This document shows, piece by piece, positions 26,973 to 41,780 of a DNA stretch of 64,000 nucleotides. Location: assembly GCA_951406725.2 (NCBI GenBank), contig OX597815.1:77004001-77068000 (forward strand), read 5' to 3'. A model generated the notes under the pieces. That model saw nothing but the letters and a program-made list of their open reading frames with translations. It was not told the DNA's origin and did not search any database. Source of the stretch: Octopus vulgaris (Eukaryota). How positions within the stretch are numbered: position 1 is the first letter of the stretch; each line of letters begins with the position of its first letter. The position numbers and the translations under genes were made by a program.

Positions 26973-28599
26973 GCCAGTCCCTATTTACTTTATATACCCC
27001 CCTTTTGCATTTTATATATATATTGATATATACATTCAGAATTTGGGGAAGCAATATCCACGTAAGGGATTGTTAAAAGCAATCCTGATGCCAACTGGGT
27101 TGAACCAAATATATTGATAGGAAGATCATCATTATATATGTGTATAAACAGTCTCATAAAATCAAAAATATATTTGGGGGTTATTAAGTTGGTTGGGGCA
27201 GTTCCTTTTATACTCTTATAGGTATATTTTTCATCTTTTAATTTGCATTACTTTTCCAATTGTAACACAAATAAAACATACAAAATATCTTAATTTTTTT
27301 CTCCATTTTCTTTTATTGAATTTCATATATATATGTATGTATGTATGTATATGTGTGTGTATATGTGTATATATATACACATATATGTATATATATGTAT
27401 ATATATGTATATGTATGTATATATATGTATATATGTATATATATACACATATATGTATATATATGTATATATATGTATATGTATGTATATATATATATGT
27501 ATATATGTATATATATACACATATATGCGTGTGTGTGTATGTATGTGTGTGCGTGCGTGTGTGCAGACACACATAATGCATATTTTCGGACGCATTATCG
27601 CCACTAAAACAGCAGAAAAATAATATATAGGCGGGTAGGTGTATGTGTCGAAATATAACAGACAGTTTGATAAACAGACGCGCTCACATGGAGAGACTCT
27701 GTAGTGAGGAATAAAAAGCTAGAATAGAGTTTAAAGATAAGATTTTGTTCCTTGCATTCGAAACTCTCTGCTTATTTGAACTTAGCAATGTTAATATCAT
27801 GACAGTGACATAAATATTACATTCATCAATTTTTTATGTATCAGATCTGGATGAAGAAATTCTGGAAATATATAACACACATTATTATCGATAAAAAGTG
27901 CTTCTGATGAGAAACCTAAGGAAGTTAAAAATATAAATCACACAAAAAGGAAAAACAACAATTCTTGAAAGATGGTGATGAAAGAAGAAAAAATGAGATT
28001 GAAAGCGAGTGAAACTTATTTTCAATTTTTGCCTGCCGTAAATAACTAGCTTGATTAGAGAACTCGTTTTCAATTATTCATTGTACGTGAAGCCGAGATA
28101 TTTTTCACCTAAAAGGAAAAACAAATGGCTCTTTCAGTTTCTACTTCTGCGTAAATTGCCTATAAAATTTTCTGTGAATGACAGAATATCACACCACACC
28201 CCGCTTCTGTCTGTCAAAAACAAATATTTATTCAATATGTGCTACAAGTTCTAAGTATATTTAATCAACAAGTCTTCAATACATTGTTAGTGGAGTTCGT
28301 TTATCTTCGAAAATTAATCTAACAAAAACGAGAAAATATTACATGAGTAATGTCTTATTGACAGTAATTTTTTTAAAAAATTCTGAGCAATAAACCAAGT
28401 TCTCATTTTATTATTAGGACATCTTACTTAACAAGAAATCCTTTAAAATCCCTACACTGTAGAGTATTAATATTTTGTCTTACATTTATGAACAGAGACT
28501 TTAAAAACAACCTCTAGGGAGTCGTGACAATTTAGTGTTATTCTGCTACACATAGCACTTAGTTACTACTTATATCAAGCAGATACAACATTTCATTCC

Positions 28600-29010
28600 T
28601 GGGTATGAGACGTTTTAGAGCAGCTGTTTTGGCGCCACTGATTTGACACTAACTTATTTCACGTCAGACGTTTTAATGTGTCTCCCGTTCTTTACGTTTC
28701 TTTCTCTCTGTGTGTGCTCGCGTGTGTGTGTCTGTGTGCATATTTTTCTTTATATGTCTATTTTTCTTTATGCATATTTTTCTTTATATCTCATTCGTAT
28801 TCAATTAATAGACAGTAATGTCTCTTTCTCTCCACTCCCTCTTCCTCTCTATTTTATGCGAATATTTCTGATCATGTGTGTGTGTGCGCGCGTGCGTGCG
28901 TACGTGCGTGTGTGCCTGTGACAAGTGCCAAAAAGTACTGACGCTTAAACAGGTTAGATGCCCAGTCTTCCATGCCAAATTTCCAGCGTCCAAACATCCC
29001 AATCACCTCA
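28600..29010. mobile_element. Second copy of the 885-1172 dispersed repeat (opposite orientation)
   Basis: See 885-1172. Confidence 0.5.
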
Positions 29011-29443
29011 TGCCGTTCAATCCATACTCAACAATAACATACAAATACTTCACAACTGGAATGCATGACGATCCATAATGATTTTTCATGAGAACGGCGT
29101 ATAACCTAACAAGAAGTGTTTTAACTTATTAACAGTTGCTGACTTTTGTTTAGACAAAGTACTATCCACATAAGAGTACTAGCCAGACATATAGGACAGT
29201 TCATCTACTATGACACTGAAAATTCTTCACTGTTTCAAAATAATGACTGGCCGACTTCCTAGTAAGCTCATCAAAACGTTACTTATCGTAAGACTTGCTA
29301 TATTACACAGCGACAACTAGCCAATCAACGTTCCATTTTCTCTTTTTGCAACCACTTAATATTTCAAAATATCTTCATGTGGTTAAACGAGTAAGATAAA
29401 TACCATCGGCGTTTAAGTTCATTCACTGCATTTACCTTCCTGT

Positions 29444-29828
29444 GTGGAGGTGCAATGGCCCAGTGGTTAGAACAGCGGACTCGCGATCGTAGGATCGCGG
29501 TTTCGATTCCCAGACCGGGCATTGTGAGTGTTTATTGAGTGAAAACACCTAAAGCTCCACGAGGCTCCGGCAGCGGGGGGGGAGGGGTGAACCCTGCTGT
29601 ACTCTTCCACCATAACTTTCACTCTATCTTCCTGTTTCTGTTATGCCTGTATTTCAAAGGCCCAGCCTTGTCACACTCTGTGTCACGCTGAATCGCCCCC
29701 TAGAACTACGTTAATGGTACACGTGTCTGTGGAGTGCTCAGCCACTTGCACGTTAATTTCACGAGCAGGCTGTTCCGTTGATCGGGTCAACTGGAACCCT
29801 CATCGTCGTAACCGACGGAGTGCCACGA
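29444..29828 (+). mobile_element. Full-length tRNA(Arg)-like SINE (octopus OR-type)
   Basis: A box TGGCCCAGTGG, CTCGCG anticodon-like loop, B box GTTTCGATTCC, tail GTAACCGACGGAGTGCCAC. Confidence 0.85.
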
Positions 29829-29829
29829 C

Positions 29830-30000
29830 GACTTTGCTGTACCCACCCCTACCACATTCCTTTCACAAACTTCATATTGGGCACTTCATTTTTGTTCTTC
29901 CAAAGACTGTGTAACCTCTATAACTCTCTCTGGCATGTCTTACCTACAGACATCGAACTGCAAAGATTGAAAGTTAAACATCGACTGCATTAGTTTTATC
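29830..30000 (+). mobile_element. CR1/Jockey-group LINE 3' end, interrupted by the SINE
   Basis: HPYHIP..FFQRLCNLYNSL..VLPTDIELQRLK resembles HPY...SFFPRT..LWNSLP..VFP...LQ.FK. Confidence 0.5.
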
Positions 30001-31609
30001 GGTCTTTAAGGGACTGCAAAAGCTATGAACAGTTTCTCTTCCTCCGATTAAACAGTAAAAAATTATAAGAAATTAAAACAACAGGCAAATTTTAATTGAT
30101 ACAGTTTTCTTACTACTAACCTATTTTACCTATAAATATACACACCATATCTGATGAACATAAGACCTAAGAATATTTCTTGAAGAGATGGTACCTATAC
30201 CAGACGGCAAGGAGTACTGAAAAACATAGCATTAAGAGTTCTTCATGAAAACAAACCACCACCCTACAGGAGCTAGTAAGAGAACGTAAGTAAAAAGCTT
30301 CATTATTTAGAAGTCCAAATTAGTTTCATGTAAGACTTTTAGAAAAAGAATAAAATTATACTAATTCGAAATAGGAACTTCCATTTATATTGGTAATTGT
30401 ATTATTAGTACTTTCTTCCATAATTGGCTTTTAACCATCTCACACATTTTTAATCATCTTAAAAAGAAAATCCAACTTATTTCCACAGATAAACAATACC
30501 GTCAACTAACGAAGAATTAATATCTCTCCCATCGGAAATATTAGTATATGACGTTAATAGAAAGCTCAATCCATTATAAGGCAAAGAATTAACCATTGGT
30601 GGACACGATGATTATCAAGTAGTTTGCTTTCCTTCCATACACAGGACCAGGAAGTACACACCCTGTACATCCCTAGCAGTTGTTCTGTCTTAAAATAACG
30701 TAGTTGATAACAGAAGACACGATCAGAAAAAGAAAATCATTTATTCAGGCAACAATGAGTCAACATTTTTTCGTACCACAGGGGCAATTAAATGGAAAAT
30801 AGACGCCAGAACATAGCTAAATTCAAAGTGAATATTAGGTGCAGAGCTAACGATATCAAGTTCGCGTACCTACTTCTCCAAAAAGTAATTGATGCTGCAA
30901 AGGGTGATTACTGTTTAGAATACTGGTATTAACTACAATTGAAACAACTAAGTAGTTTCCATCGCTACGCTGCCGGTAAAAATATTTGTTCATCATACAC
31001 GTACATTCATAAATTTGTTCAAAGTGAAAGTCTGTTTTTAAAGTGTATGTTGTGTTGCCGATATGCTGCGATGCACAGAAAAATACACACAAACAACCAA
31101 AAGATAATAACTATATATATATCGTCTACATATATAAGGCCTTTTTTGAAGCTTGTGTTGTATTGTGCTGAGCTGATAGACTTGCACTTAATATTGCTGC
31201 GTGTTTAATCAAATCTTGTAAGTTATGATGAAAACACTACCTGTCTATCTATTTTGCACACAAACACACGCACACTCACACACACACTCCCTCTCTCAAT
31301 CTCTCTCTATCTCTCTTTCACTCACTCACTCACAACATTACCTATTTTTCATACACTCACACTTTCTTTCTCTCTCTCTCTCTCTCTCTCGCTCTCCTTC
31401 TCTCTGCCTTTCTCTTACTGTATTTCTCTCTCAATAACTTTTCTTCTCTTCTAAAAATACGTTTTGATGCATATTTTGATTCTTCTTTCTCTCTTTCCTT
31501 CCCTCTTATAGATTTTGTGACAGACAGACAGGCGGAGATTCCTTTTCTCTTTTATAATATAAAATTATACATATTTTAGCCTTATATTTTTACTCGAGAG
31601 AGTCATAGC

Positions 31610-31935
31610 TCGGCGATCAAGTGAGTTGATACTTCACATTGAGCGATTGCAGCTCTGGTACTACATGTGATTAGAATGTCGCAGGAAAGAATTGCAAGAT
31701 GGATTCTTTATGCCGAGCCAACCGGCTCAAGAACGAGATTGTTGGAAAATATCCATAGGGAATCCAACTGCAAAGTATAATGTCGGTTACTTCTGATAGG
31801 ACCTCATGGCGAAGGTGCCTGAGGACCTGATCTTCCCAGAAGGGATAAAAGATGGATGGATGGATGGATGGATGGATGGATGGATGGATGGATGGATGGA
31901 TGGATGGATGGATGGATAGCGGATGGATAGCGGAT
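31610..31935 (+). mobile_element. RTE-clade LINE 3' end with (GATG)n tail
   Basis: LHIERLQLWY..VIRMSQERIARWILYAEPTG followed by (GATG)n at ~31850-31917. Confidence 0.7.
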
Positions 31936-34900
31936 GCTGAATGTAGATTGAACCTTATTACTAGATTTGTTTTACCTTCAACTGATTTATCGCTTCGGTA
32001 ATATTTTTCTTGGAGGTGACCTTAAGTCTTCGACGTTTCCAAAAGAATTACTAAACTGACTAAGCCTATTCAATAGATCTAGTCACATGTTGACGATATA
32101 GTGGAGTCGGAAGAGTGTTTTACTGCCACAGAACTCAATGGTAATGAAATTAAAACAGACATTAGGAAATCAAAACAACGTGAGAGAAAGGATAGAATGA
32201 CAGTAGAGCAAGTACAGGCTATCAAAATGAAACATTAAAAGCTGTAATGTGTTTAATGGTAATATTTAAGGGAAGGAAATTCCATCGTGATACATTTTTA
32301 ATGAAGTACTATCTAGAATGTTTCTGGAATAAGCGATGAAATGACTAAAGTAAATTGCGTTTGTTAATCTGATTTAGTAAAGTACAGCTCTATACATCGA
32401 GTCGAAAATCCAGTGTCTTACAACAGCTTACGTGTCACTTTACGATACCAATTCGTCTGAAAAAAATTTACACACAAGTACTTAGCTAATACTTTTAAAA
32501 CAGATACTGATTCTACTATACTACAGCCATAATCAAAGATTTGTGTGAATTGTTTTCAATAATTTCTCAGAAATTATCAGAAGTATCAAAGATATCATGT
32601 CATAAGATATCAACATCAATAGATACATGATTAAAATTATCTCAACGTAGAAGTGAATTAGAACTGGCTTTCTGTATATCTATTAATCGATTAACTCTTT
32701 TCTATTAACTAAATAGGCTCGCTCTATCACCGATTTCTGACATCTATTTCTTACTTTCAAAACGAATATTATAGAATGCCACGCGCTATTGCAGTTCTTT
32801 GCGTAATTCCAAGTTATATTACTTGCTTTAGCATCATCTTCAAAGGCTATTCTTTACCCATTTCTGCAGAAGACTTCCGTTGCAAACAATAATCTTATTT
32901 ATCAAAACTTACATTCCTCTACCGTCTTAAAGACAAGCTGAACCGAATGTGCAATACTTCAATTCACACGGATTTCTTTCGTCATAGCATCTTTCCTAAT
33001 GGCATTTTAAAAAGAACATTAATCAAGAAGTCACAGTCAATAAACTATTTCAGACACAGTGGAAACTTACCGCACAAAATAATTTATCTAAAAGTATCAG
33101 GAATGCAGGCTATTAGAACAATTTACTGTCTTACTGGTGAGGTTTCTATAGCTAAAGTATAACAATAACTTCATTTATTTTTCATAAGCTAATCAATGAT
33201 TTATAAGACTGCTGTTCAGTTTTCTTTTTCTGCCTCTGTCAGTGCTGTTCCTGAAAGTAGCGATGGGCATTATTTCTATAGTATATGTATTCGCATTCCT
33301 ACCGAATACACTAGAAAATATATAATGTAGAATATATTTTAATAATATTATTTGCGCAGTTTGGGTACAGAGCGTGTCGGACATGATAAGATAAAATTGA
33401 ATATCGATTTATGAAATTAATGTTATGTCTAAATGTCCAAAATGTGATATTCATAAACAGGGTGGAAATATATGAAATAAATGAAAGCAGTGTAAATGTA
33501 AATTAGCACCATAACTCGTATAACTTAATATATCTCATAGTTATAAAATTTCTACTGCCCATATTTTTCTTCACTAAGTTATTCTTTGATGTCTTCCAAA
33601 CGAAAGAAATTATCAACATTATATAAAATTTAATGACTGCGGTAAATCTGGCGAATGTTTTTAATTTATTTCATTTAAAGCAGATCGTAAAAAGTGAAAA
33701 AATAGTTCACTTCCTGTAAATAGTTTTGACATGTGACATAGAGACAAGGAAATAGAGACAATATTAGGCAATAACTACTAGTTTTCATGATATTAACTAT
33801 TAGTTATAATTCAGTGGGGACACGCAGAACAGACAATGGTTGTTTTGTACAAGAACAATAAGGTATTTATTCATTCCTAATATCTTGTGTCAGATTCAGA
33901 TGTGAATATCTGGTCGCTATCGTTTTTCGTCATCGGAAAACACATATAAGAATCAGCAAACAAATCAGTTGTTGATGCTTGCTGATGTCTACCAAACTAT
34001 TGATAATTTCTGAGTTGCACGTAGAGCAGCGAGAGTCCAAATTATAACGCATCTATTCATTCTTAATACGTTTTGAAATTTGAACAGGAATAGCTGAATG
34101 CTATTGTTTTTCCATTCCCTTTTCCATGCATGATTTACTTTGAAGGAGAAAATCTAATCCCATCGTATTTAATTCGCTTGAAAGTTTGGGTGAGATTAAG
34201 CCGGAGAATAGTGCAAACTTTGTGCCATAACATCAAATATTGGAAGTTTAATGAGGTGTTTATAGGGATTTTAAGATGGAAAACATTGGAAGTTCAACGC
34301 ATATACTCTGTTGCTCCAGGTATTAAAAAGTATGTCGAAGATCTTGAAATTTACATTCTATCAATATGAGTAGAAAGGAATAAAATCTTGCAGAATGAAG
34401 AAATGTATTTAAAAAGCATCTGAATAATATTAAACTAAATATACATCATAGTAATGTAATAAAACTCAAATTCTCTTTTCAGTTTTATATCTGTCTCTCT
34501 TTCTCTAGATTGTAACAAAAAATTACTGTGACAGGAATCTCTTCCAGTTTCTTGGGTGCAATAATATCTTGAAAATAATTTAATACTCTACTAAACAAAA
34601 ACAATCTCAGACATATTTCTATGAAATAGAAATTTGAACAATGTTCTTTTAGTGATTTTTAACCTAATACTCTGAAGGTCATTTTACTCTTTAAGATCGC
34701 TGACTGAGAATTTGATTAAGCTAAAAATCACAGTAGATGTAACATTGGTTTTCTTTTTCTTTTTCTTTTTTTTTAAATAATTAATGATCTCCTCAAGATC
34801 AGAGATATTTAGAGAATGTAATATTTAGCTCCGAGGACAGAAGGATGTAACTAATTTATGTAAGATCAAATTCAGACAGCTATCGTTTCTTTCTTTCCCC

Positions 34901-35599
34901 CTTAATGTGAGAGTCTTCGCATATGATGCATAAAAAAGAAGTTTTCACTGTATTAAAGAAACAGCACAGAGACATAACCAACACTATTAGACCGACAACA
35001 AATGAATCATCAGTTAGATTGTTTTTAGTTTCTTCGCTTTGTTATTTCGTTAATTCGGCTTTAAACTATTTCCTTGATATTAATGTACAGTCATTGGCAA
35101 TTCCGTGATAAAACGATGTACCGTCATTTGTTTTGATTATCGTTACTGAGAGCAGAACAAATTTGTTCTTCAAAAAGTTGCCTATACAAATGATTTATTA
35201 ATTTTTTCACAAAAGCTGTTAAAATCGATATTTGGCAAATTAACAAAACTTCTGAGAAAAACTACAGTTAAAAAACAGCAACAAATCTTAGATCAAACAT
35301 TTATGCCGGAAAATATATATTTTCAATCAAGTTTACAGAAAATTTATTGACAATGGTTGTTTTGTACCTTGTATCTACCAAAACCAACATTGAAGTACTG
35401 AAGTTCTTTCCTTTCCACCTAATCTGTTCATACTAATCACAAACACGTAAATAAAGCACAGAAATACTCTCCATAAAAGTTGAATGTGTGATAATACATC
35501 ATTTCAGATATTTTTGTAACAAAGTAACACCATAGTAGTTCACACACAATGCAAAGAAGCAGAAACTATAGCCTATACCATATGAAGGAAACCCGTTTA

Positions 35600-36151
35600 C
35601 ACCAGCTTGGCAGCAAATACCTTTTAAGATAATTATCATTTAAGAACATTATTGTTTAAGATCAAAATCAGAAGTATTTCATAGAACACAAGGTCGGCCT
35701 TCGTTCTAACCTCGCAACCTTCCACCAGCAACATTTCTAGCAACTCCATAGAAATCCTCCTGTTCATTCCTCATTTACCCTGATGGCATTGTAAGCATTA
35801 CTCGAAAAGACAATGAAATCAGAATTATTTTGCTCTTTATTTCCAAAGACTACTCATCTGTAAAACAATTCCCTCCTCTCGAACCAATCTTTTCGATCCA
35901 CCTAGCATCGCCACCAAATATACACAGTCACCAAGGGCAGATATCTTCGTAATGACTTCATTTTAACAACAGAGCCGATCACTTTCCTATCACTGTCAGC
36001 TAGTCAACATCAAAGCTGACCAACATTCTTTATCAAGGTATTCAATCTTTCACTTATGGCGTATATTTATCTTAATTTCTAGAAATTCGTGACGTTATAT
36101 CCCATTCTCAAGAAAGCAACATTTCATATCCCCGTCAGTTACCAATTTATT

Positions 36152-36227
<76 letters not shown>

Positions 36228-37080
36228 AAATTTCAAAATGTTTTACATATAGCAGCCAAAGTCTGTAATTCTTTTTATCTACGTTGTTTCCACAGAAGCA
36301 GATCTGCATGAAAACCTTGTTTATGTCAAACACCAGTGGTCTCTGAACCTTGAATATTTCATTGAAAGCGTTAATATTACCCTTGGCATCAGCAAAGCCT
36401 TCGTCATTATGCAAGGAGACCTCGAATCAAAACAGTCTAGTCTCAGATCATATTCTTTGGCAAGTTTCCTATTACATTTCATCAGTGTTACCGGAACTCA
36501 CTTCTATCCGCATTCTATAAACTCACGCATATCTCAGGTTTTTTAACAAGTCTTCTTGCTGTCGATGTGTTATCAGAACATACATATTCTAATGCAGACG
36601 GTACTAGCTTTCATTCATCAAGATTCTGCACATAAACTGGAAGCCAGCAATATCCTGACTTCTAAACATTCGCTATTGAATGTGCACATGATTGATCTCA
36701 TTCATTAAAAATAAACAACAAAAACTTAAGTTTCACTTTTTCACCAAATTTACTATTCTATGCTGGTGATCTGGCAATGTATCACTTTCTCGCATTATAC
36801 TTATGTCCCCTAGGGAACTTCTGAACTTCTTTCCTGCACATATATGGTCTATTTTGGTTTCTAGTCTTACTGTCAAAAGGAGTTGATAATAAAATGTATT
36901 GAACGTCTAACCTGCACCTACTGAATCTAATTATAGATTTCCTTTTAAAAAACCACCCAGATATCAACTGATAATTTCACTTCATGTTCTTTATCCTCCT
37001 TCTTCCACTACCTATATGTCGTCTACGCTGTCTTGTTTGATGTCTCGACGCATTGGTCCTCCTCTTGTTAGCCTTATAAT
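35600..37080 (+). mobile_element. Highly degraded CR1/Jockey-group LINE RT region
   Basis: PILKKATFHIPVSYQFIAL (cf. PIPKKG..PSNYRPIAL) at ~36100 and YAGDL (cf. YADD) at ~36760; a (CT)n expansion lies at 36154-36224. Confidence 0.45.
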
Positions 37081-38439
37081 TATTATTGTTATCGTCGTCA
37101 TAACATGAAGTGACCGATATACAAAAATAAGAGAAAAACTACGAATCGTTATTTGAATGTTTATGAAAGTGTGTAACTGAACAACTGCAGACATCAGCAA
37201 ATGGTCGATACAGTGTGCGATCATGTATGCATATGGCAGTGTTTTCTCGTCTGTCTATTCCTGTGATCATATTATTTGGTTTCTTCTGCTTTTTATCTTT
37301 TTACAGCTGACGGACCAATCACTCCAATCTGTTAACATTCCATCTTGGTTAACTTTACCGTTGTTCGCTCTGCCGCTTGTATTTGGGCTAGATTCCTGGT
37401 AAAGGGGTTGGTGTGATATCTCACTGTCCAGTGCCGTTTACATTTCCTTAAATACTAAAAATAAAAAATAAAAGTAAACCCGTTGGATAATTTTCCCTCT
37501 TCATCTTTACCATCAGTTAACCTGATCTGGTCTAGAATTAACAATTCCCTTAGCAACACCCAAACTATACATCCTCTTGCTTACACTCAAACCACACATC
37601 TTGTTACAAACTCACAAATGACACATTCTTACTCTCTCAACCTTTAACTGTTATCTGTCTCTGCTGTTCATGTCTTTATTCAAACTTCACTTCGAAAGAT
37701 AATTTTTCCCATATGTAGACTCTTCTCTGCTCACGACTCACCTCTTTCCCTAACTCTTCCATACATACATACATACATACATACATACATACATACATAC
37801 ATACATACATACATACATACATACATACATACATACATTCATACACAGGTAGATGTTACATTATACCACCAGAAATAATGAAAAGGCTACCATAAGAAAG
37901 TCATTTATCAATTCAGTCAACCAACACCAACGACTGATAGCTATAGTATCAGTACCAAATAATCTGTTGACTTCAGAATTTATTGAAGATAGTCATGCCT
38001 TAAATGAAATCAAACAAAAGAATGTACGAGCCATCCTTAACATCTGCTGAATGAATAGCAAGATAAGTCCAACACCGCCACACACACCTCCATCCTCATA
38101 TAACTACCATTTTTTCCTATTTCCATCACCTTCTTCCCCCCACCAAATACACACAGAAATACCCACATAACTAGCTTAACCTTCATACCGGTAAAAAGGG
38201 ATAAAATCCCTATGTTGTACACCCATTAATATGATATCGCCTGAAGAAATGATTCCATGAAGATGATCAACCCGATACCCACGGATACTGTAACCATCCC
38301 AGGAATACGGGCTATGATCTTAAGAGATGTGGTTTGTGGAAACGCGCGAGGGGATGCATTAAATGTTTATGAATTTCATCCAAATATTATTATTATTGTT
38401 GTTGTTATTATTATTGTTGTTGTTGTTGTTGTTGTATGC

Positions 38440-38665
38440 ATATGATGGACTCTTTCGTCGAAGACAACGTATGAGCATTCAGATTTTGCTAAATGACCTG
38501 CACAAATTATTTGTTTCATAGTGATCAAAAATTCGTGCTGTACATTAGCTCACTTCCTCCATTAAATCAACATCTGAACAGGTGCATGCGTCGGGTGTCG
38601 AAGTCATCGCAGAGCAACGTGAGATGAAGTGTTTTGATCAAGAACACAACGCACCACCCGGTTAA
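38440..38665 (-). mobile_element. SINE fragment with V/CORE-like core
   Basis: Minus strand GCGTTGTGTTCTTGATCAAAACACTTCATCTCACGTTGCTC. Confidence 0.5.
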
Positions 38666-39773
38666 GTAAATGAAATATAATTTAAAGCACCTTGATTTGG
38701 CCCCATGCAACTTAAAGTTTCGTAATCTCCTCACAGGATCCTAACACGTTGGGCTCGGGCTTCTTCTATCAATTTCTGAATTCCTCAAACTACCACCAAT
38801 TCTTCTAATACCAATCGTATCTATCTCACTGCAAAACCCTCCCCAAAATCAACGACCTCAGTGTTTTCAACGATCACTACTCTTCTTGTCTTTCACACTC
38901 GTCTCACACTGAGGCCACTTATCCAGAAACCGAATCTTTTGCAATCTTCTACTTTTTACATTTACTAGTTCCACCACTTCACCCCACTTGCATCTCTACG
39001 CGAGACAGACTCCCCAAACCTCTTCATTTGTAGCCCCTCCTTTCTCTCCCAATCTCACTCTCTCCTTCTCTCTCTCTTTCTCTTTCTCTCTCTCTCTCTC
39101 TCTCAGCCCCTTTTTCACTCTCAACTCTTGTAATTATAGATATATTTCTTCGAGAAAAGACGAGATGGTCACGGCTGATATGCCTTTGGTCATAAGTCTC
39201 CCCGATTAGTGCTCACCTGAAGTTCAACAACAGCATATGATCCAGACTACATACAAATCTGGCCATTCCATTGATAGTTAAATCCATTCACCAAAGCTCA
39301 GTCTCTCTGCCACCGATAACACGTTGTCATCATTAGATATCATCAGTAACAAGCTTGCGCTCTCTATTCAACTAATACAACCGTCTTTACTATTCTAAAC
39401 TTCCATTTTTACAGTAGTTCTTTCTTAGCCTTTATAGACATAAAGTGCCTATAAGGGTTAATCTTTACTTCCCAAACAGAAACCATTTGGAAGAGACGCT
39501 GACAAGTCAAATACTTACCATTTATATCACTCCCTCATCCCTCTCTCGAACCCCACCTACTACCTTTTACTCCCAACCAGTTTCTCTTGCCTTTTCTCTC
39601 TCCCTCTATTTTTCTGCTGAAGTTCAAGTTAACATCAGTGTGCATTACATTATTAATCGAAGACCATCCAATAGTTATGGGTGCTGTCTACTTTCTTCAG
39701 AAGATTTATAATAATTTACCATAATAACCATGAAAAATAGTGTTTACTAGGTAGATGAATCTTTATATTTCAG

Positions 39774-39823
39774 GAGGATAATGGGACGTAGCTATTTTAT
39801 ATCTTCCGACGAATACTACGGAA
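39774..39823 (+). CDS. Candidate small host exon (RIMGRSYFISSDEYYG)
   Basis: tatatttcag acceptor and GAA|gtgagt donor; one open frame. Confidence 0.35.
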
Positions 39824-40412
39824 GTGAGTGATCTGGAAATCGTAATAGTATTCTGTATATACGACTGTTTTATACAAACTAAATCAACATAACTATCAAA
39901 GCTTCGGTAATAGTCATTAACAATAAACTGTATTACGTAAATACATCAGAATTCAGTAAAAATATAGGAATTTTATCTGCTTATGTAATTTTTGTTTTTG
40001 ATGAGGTACTAACGATGTTCAAAATATGAGCAGTTCATATTACGGTATCGTAATATTAACTAAGGCAATACAGAATATGTTTTGTTATCTTTACTTCATT
40101 CATCCTTAATATTATAGTATTATATAAGAGAAAAAATATTTTTATAGAACATAAAATGTAATCAGAAAATGGTTCACAAATTAATTCTAAAAATATGGCT
40201 ACTGCTGCGCGCGCTTTTCGTAATTAACTCACTGTGGTGACTATAATGTTGTCGCAAAGTTCCGATTTAAATTCTTTAATTAACTTGATTCATTAATTAA
40301 TTCTGTATAACAATATATAGTTATTTTATTTATAAAATGGTTTTAAGATCACTTCATTGGATGTTCTTCAGTTTTGGTGCAACTACAACCAGGCTTGCTC
40401 TCTTTCAATCAG

Positions 40413-40526
40413 ATAATCTATATATTAGTCAATATCTAGAATACAAGATTACTGGAGGTGTTAAGTTGGCAATTAGTGCACGAGAACTAATTAATTCTTA
40501 TATGTTATTAATTAATATGCACCATC
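40413..40526 (+). CDS. Candidate host exon (NLYISQYLEYKITGGVKLAISARELINSYMLLINMHH)
   Basis: ctctctttcaatcag acceptor and C|gtgagt donor; phase-compatible with 39774-39823. Confidence 0.35.
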
Positions 40527-41569
40527 GTGAGTAATGGAATGATTCAGTAACCAAGCTATTGTATAGATATTTTATATCTTCCAGCCAAGAATCAACTAAG
40601 ATCATTTAACAGTAAAAAAAAAGAAAAGAAAAGGAAAGGAAAATTGTAATGTTTAAATAAACTAAATTAATATATAAATTTTTACCGGGGATGAAATTGT
40701 ATTCATACGATCAAGCTATGAATCTTAAATAGAATTTGGAGAAATCATAACATTTTTAATATAATTCCAACTTAGAAGCATTACACATAATATTGGATAA
40801 TCACACACACACTGACACACGCATGCACACGCACATACACATACACATACACACAGAGAGTCACTCAGACAAATATATACATACCCACACACTCACTTCC
40901 TTTTACACACACATACATACATAAATACATGACACATACATGCACGCATACATACACACATACATACACATACACATACGTACAGAAATACATGACACAT
41001 ACAAGCATGAGATACATACACACATACATATGCATACATATACGCATGCATACATACGTACTTACATATATATACATGTATGCATACATACATACATGCA
41101 TACATACATACATACATACATACATACATACATACATACATACATACATACATACATACATACATACATGGACGCACACACAGAATCATTAATCATTACA
41201 AAATAAACTACAAGATTGTAAATATCTCAGAGAAAACATAATTACCTTTGTGCATGAGCTTTAGAATGATAATAAGCTTCCAAAAAGCCATGATTGAGAA
41301 TTTGTTATGAATTCTGCTTAAGCTATATCAATTCGTAATATATCACATCGACCATGGTGAAGAGCAAGAAGAAAAGCGGAATGAACTACCACAATAAGTC
41401 CAAATATCTCGCAGGAGTCCGTCAAACATTTAAGATTTACCTTACCTTTTTTTGTTTTTTTTTCCATTCAATTATTTTCAGTAAAAAAAAAAGGAGAAAC
41501 TAAGCTAAATCTTGTAGAAAGCAAAGTTTTAGTAATTCAGATAGATAGCTAGATATATTCATTCTACAA

Positions 41570-41780
41570 TAGGTATAAGGCCTGCAATTTGGTGGGAAGG
41601 GGTGCTTCGATTACATGGATCCCGGTGATCGACTGGTATTTATTTTATCGACTCCGAAAGATTAAAGGCGAAGCAGACCCCGGCAGAATTTGAACTCGGA
41701 ACGTAGAGCCGGAAGAAATGCCTCTAACTATTATATCCAGACGTGCTAACAATTCTGCCAGCTTGTCGTCTTATATTACT
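41570..41780 (-). mobile_element. Meta-core SINE
   Basis: TTTATCGACTCCGAAAG..AAAGGCGAAG..GAATTTGAACTCGGAAC. Confidence 0.75.
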
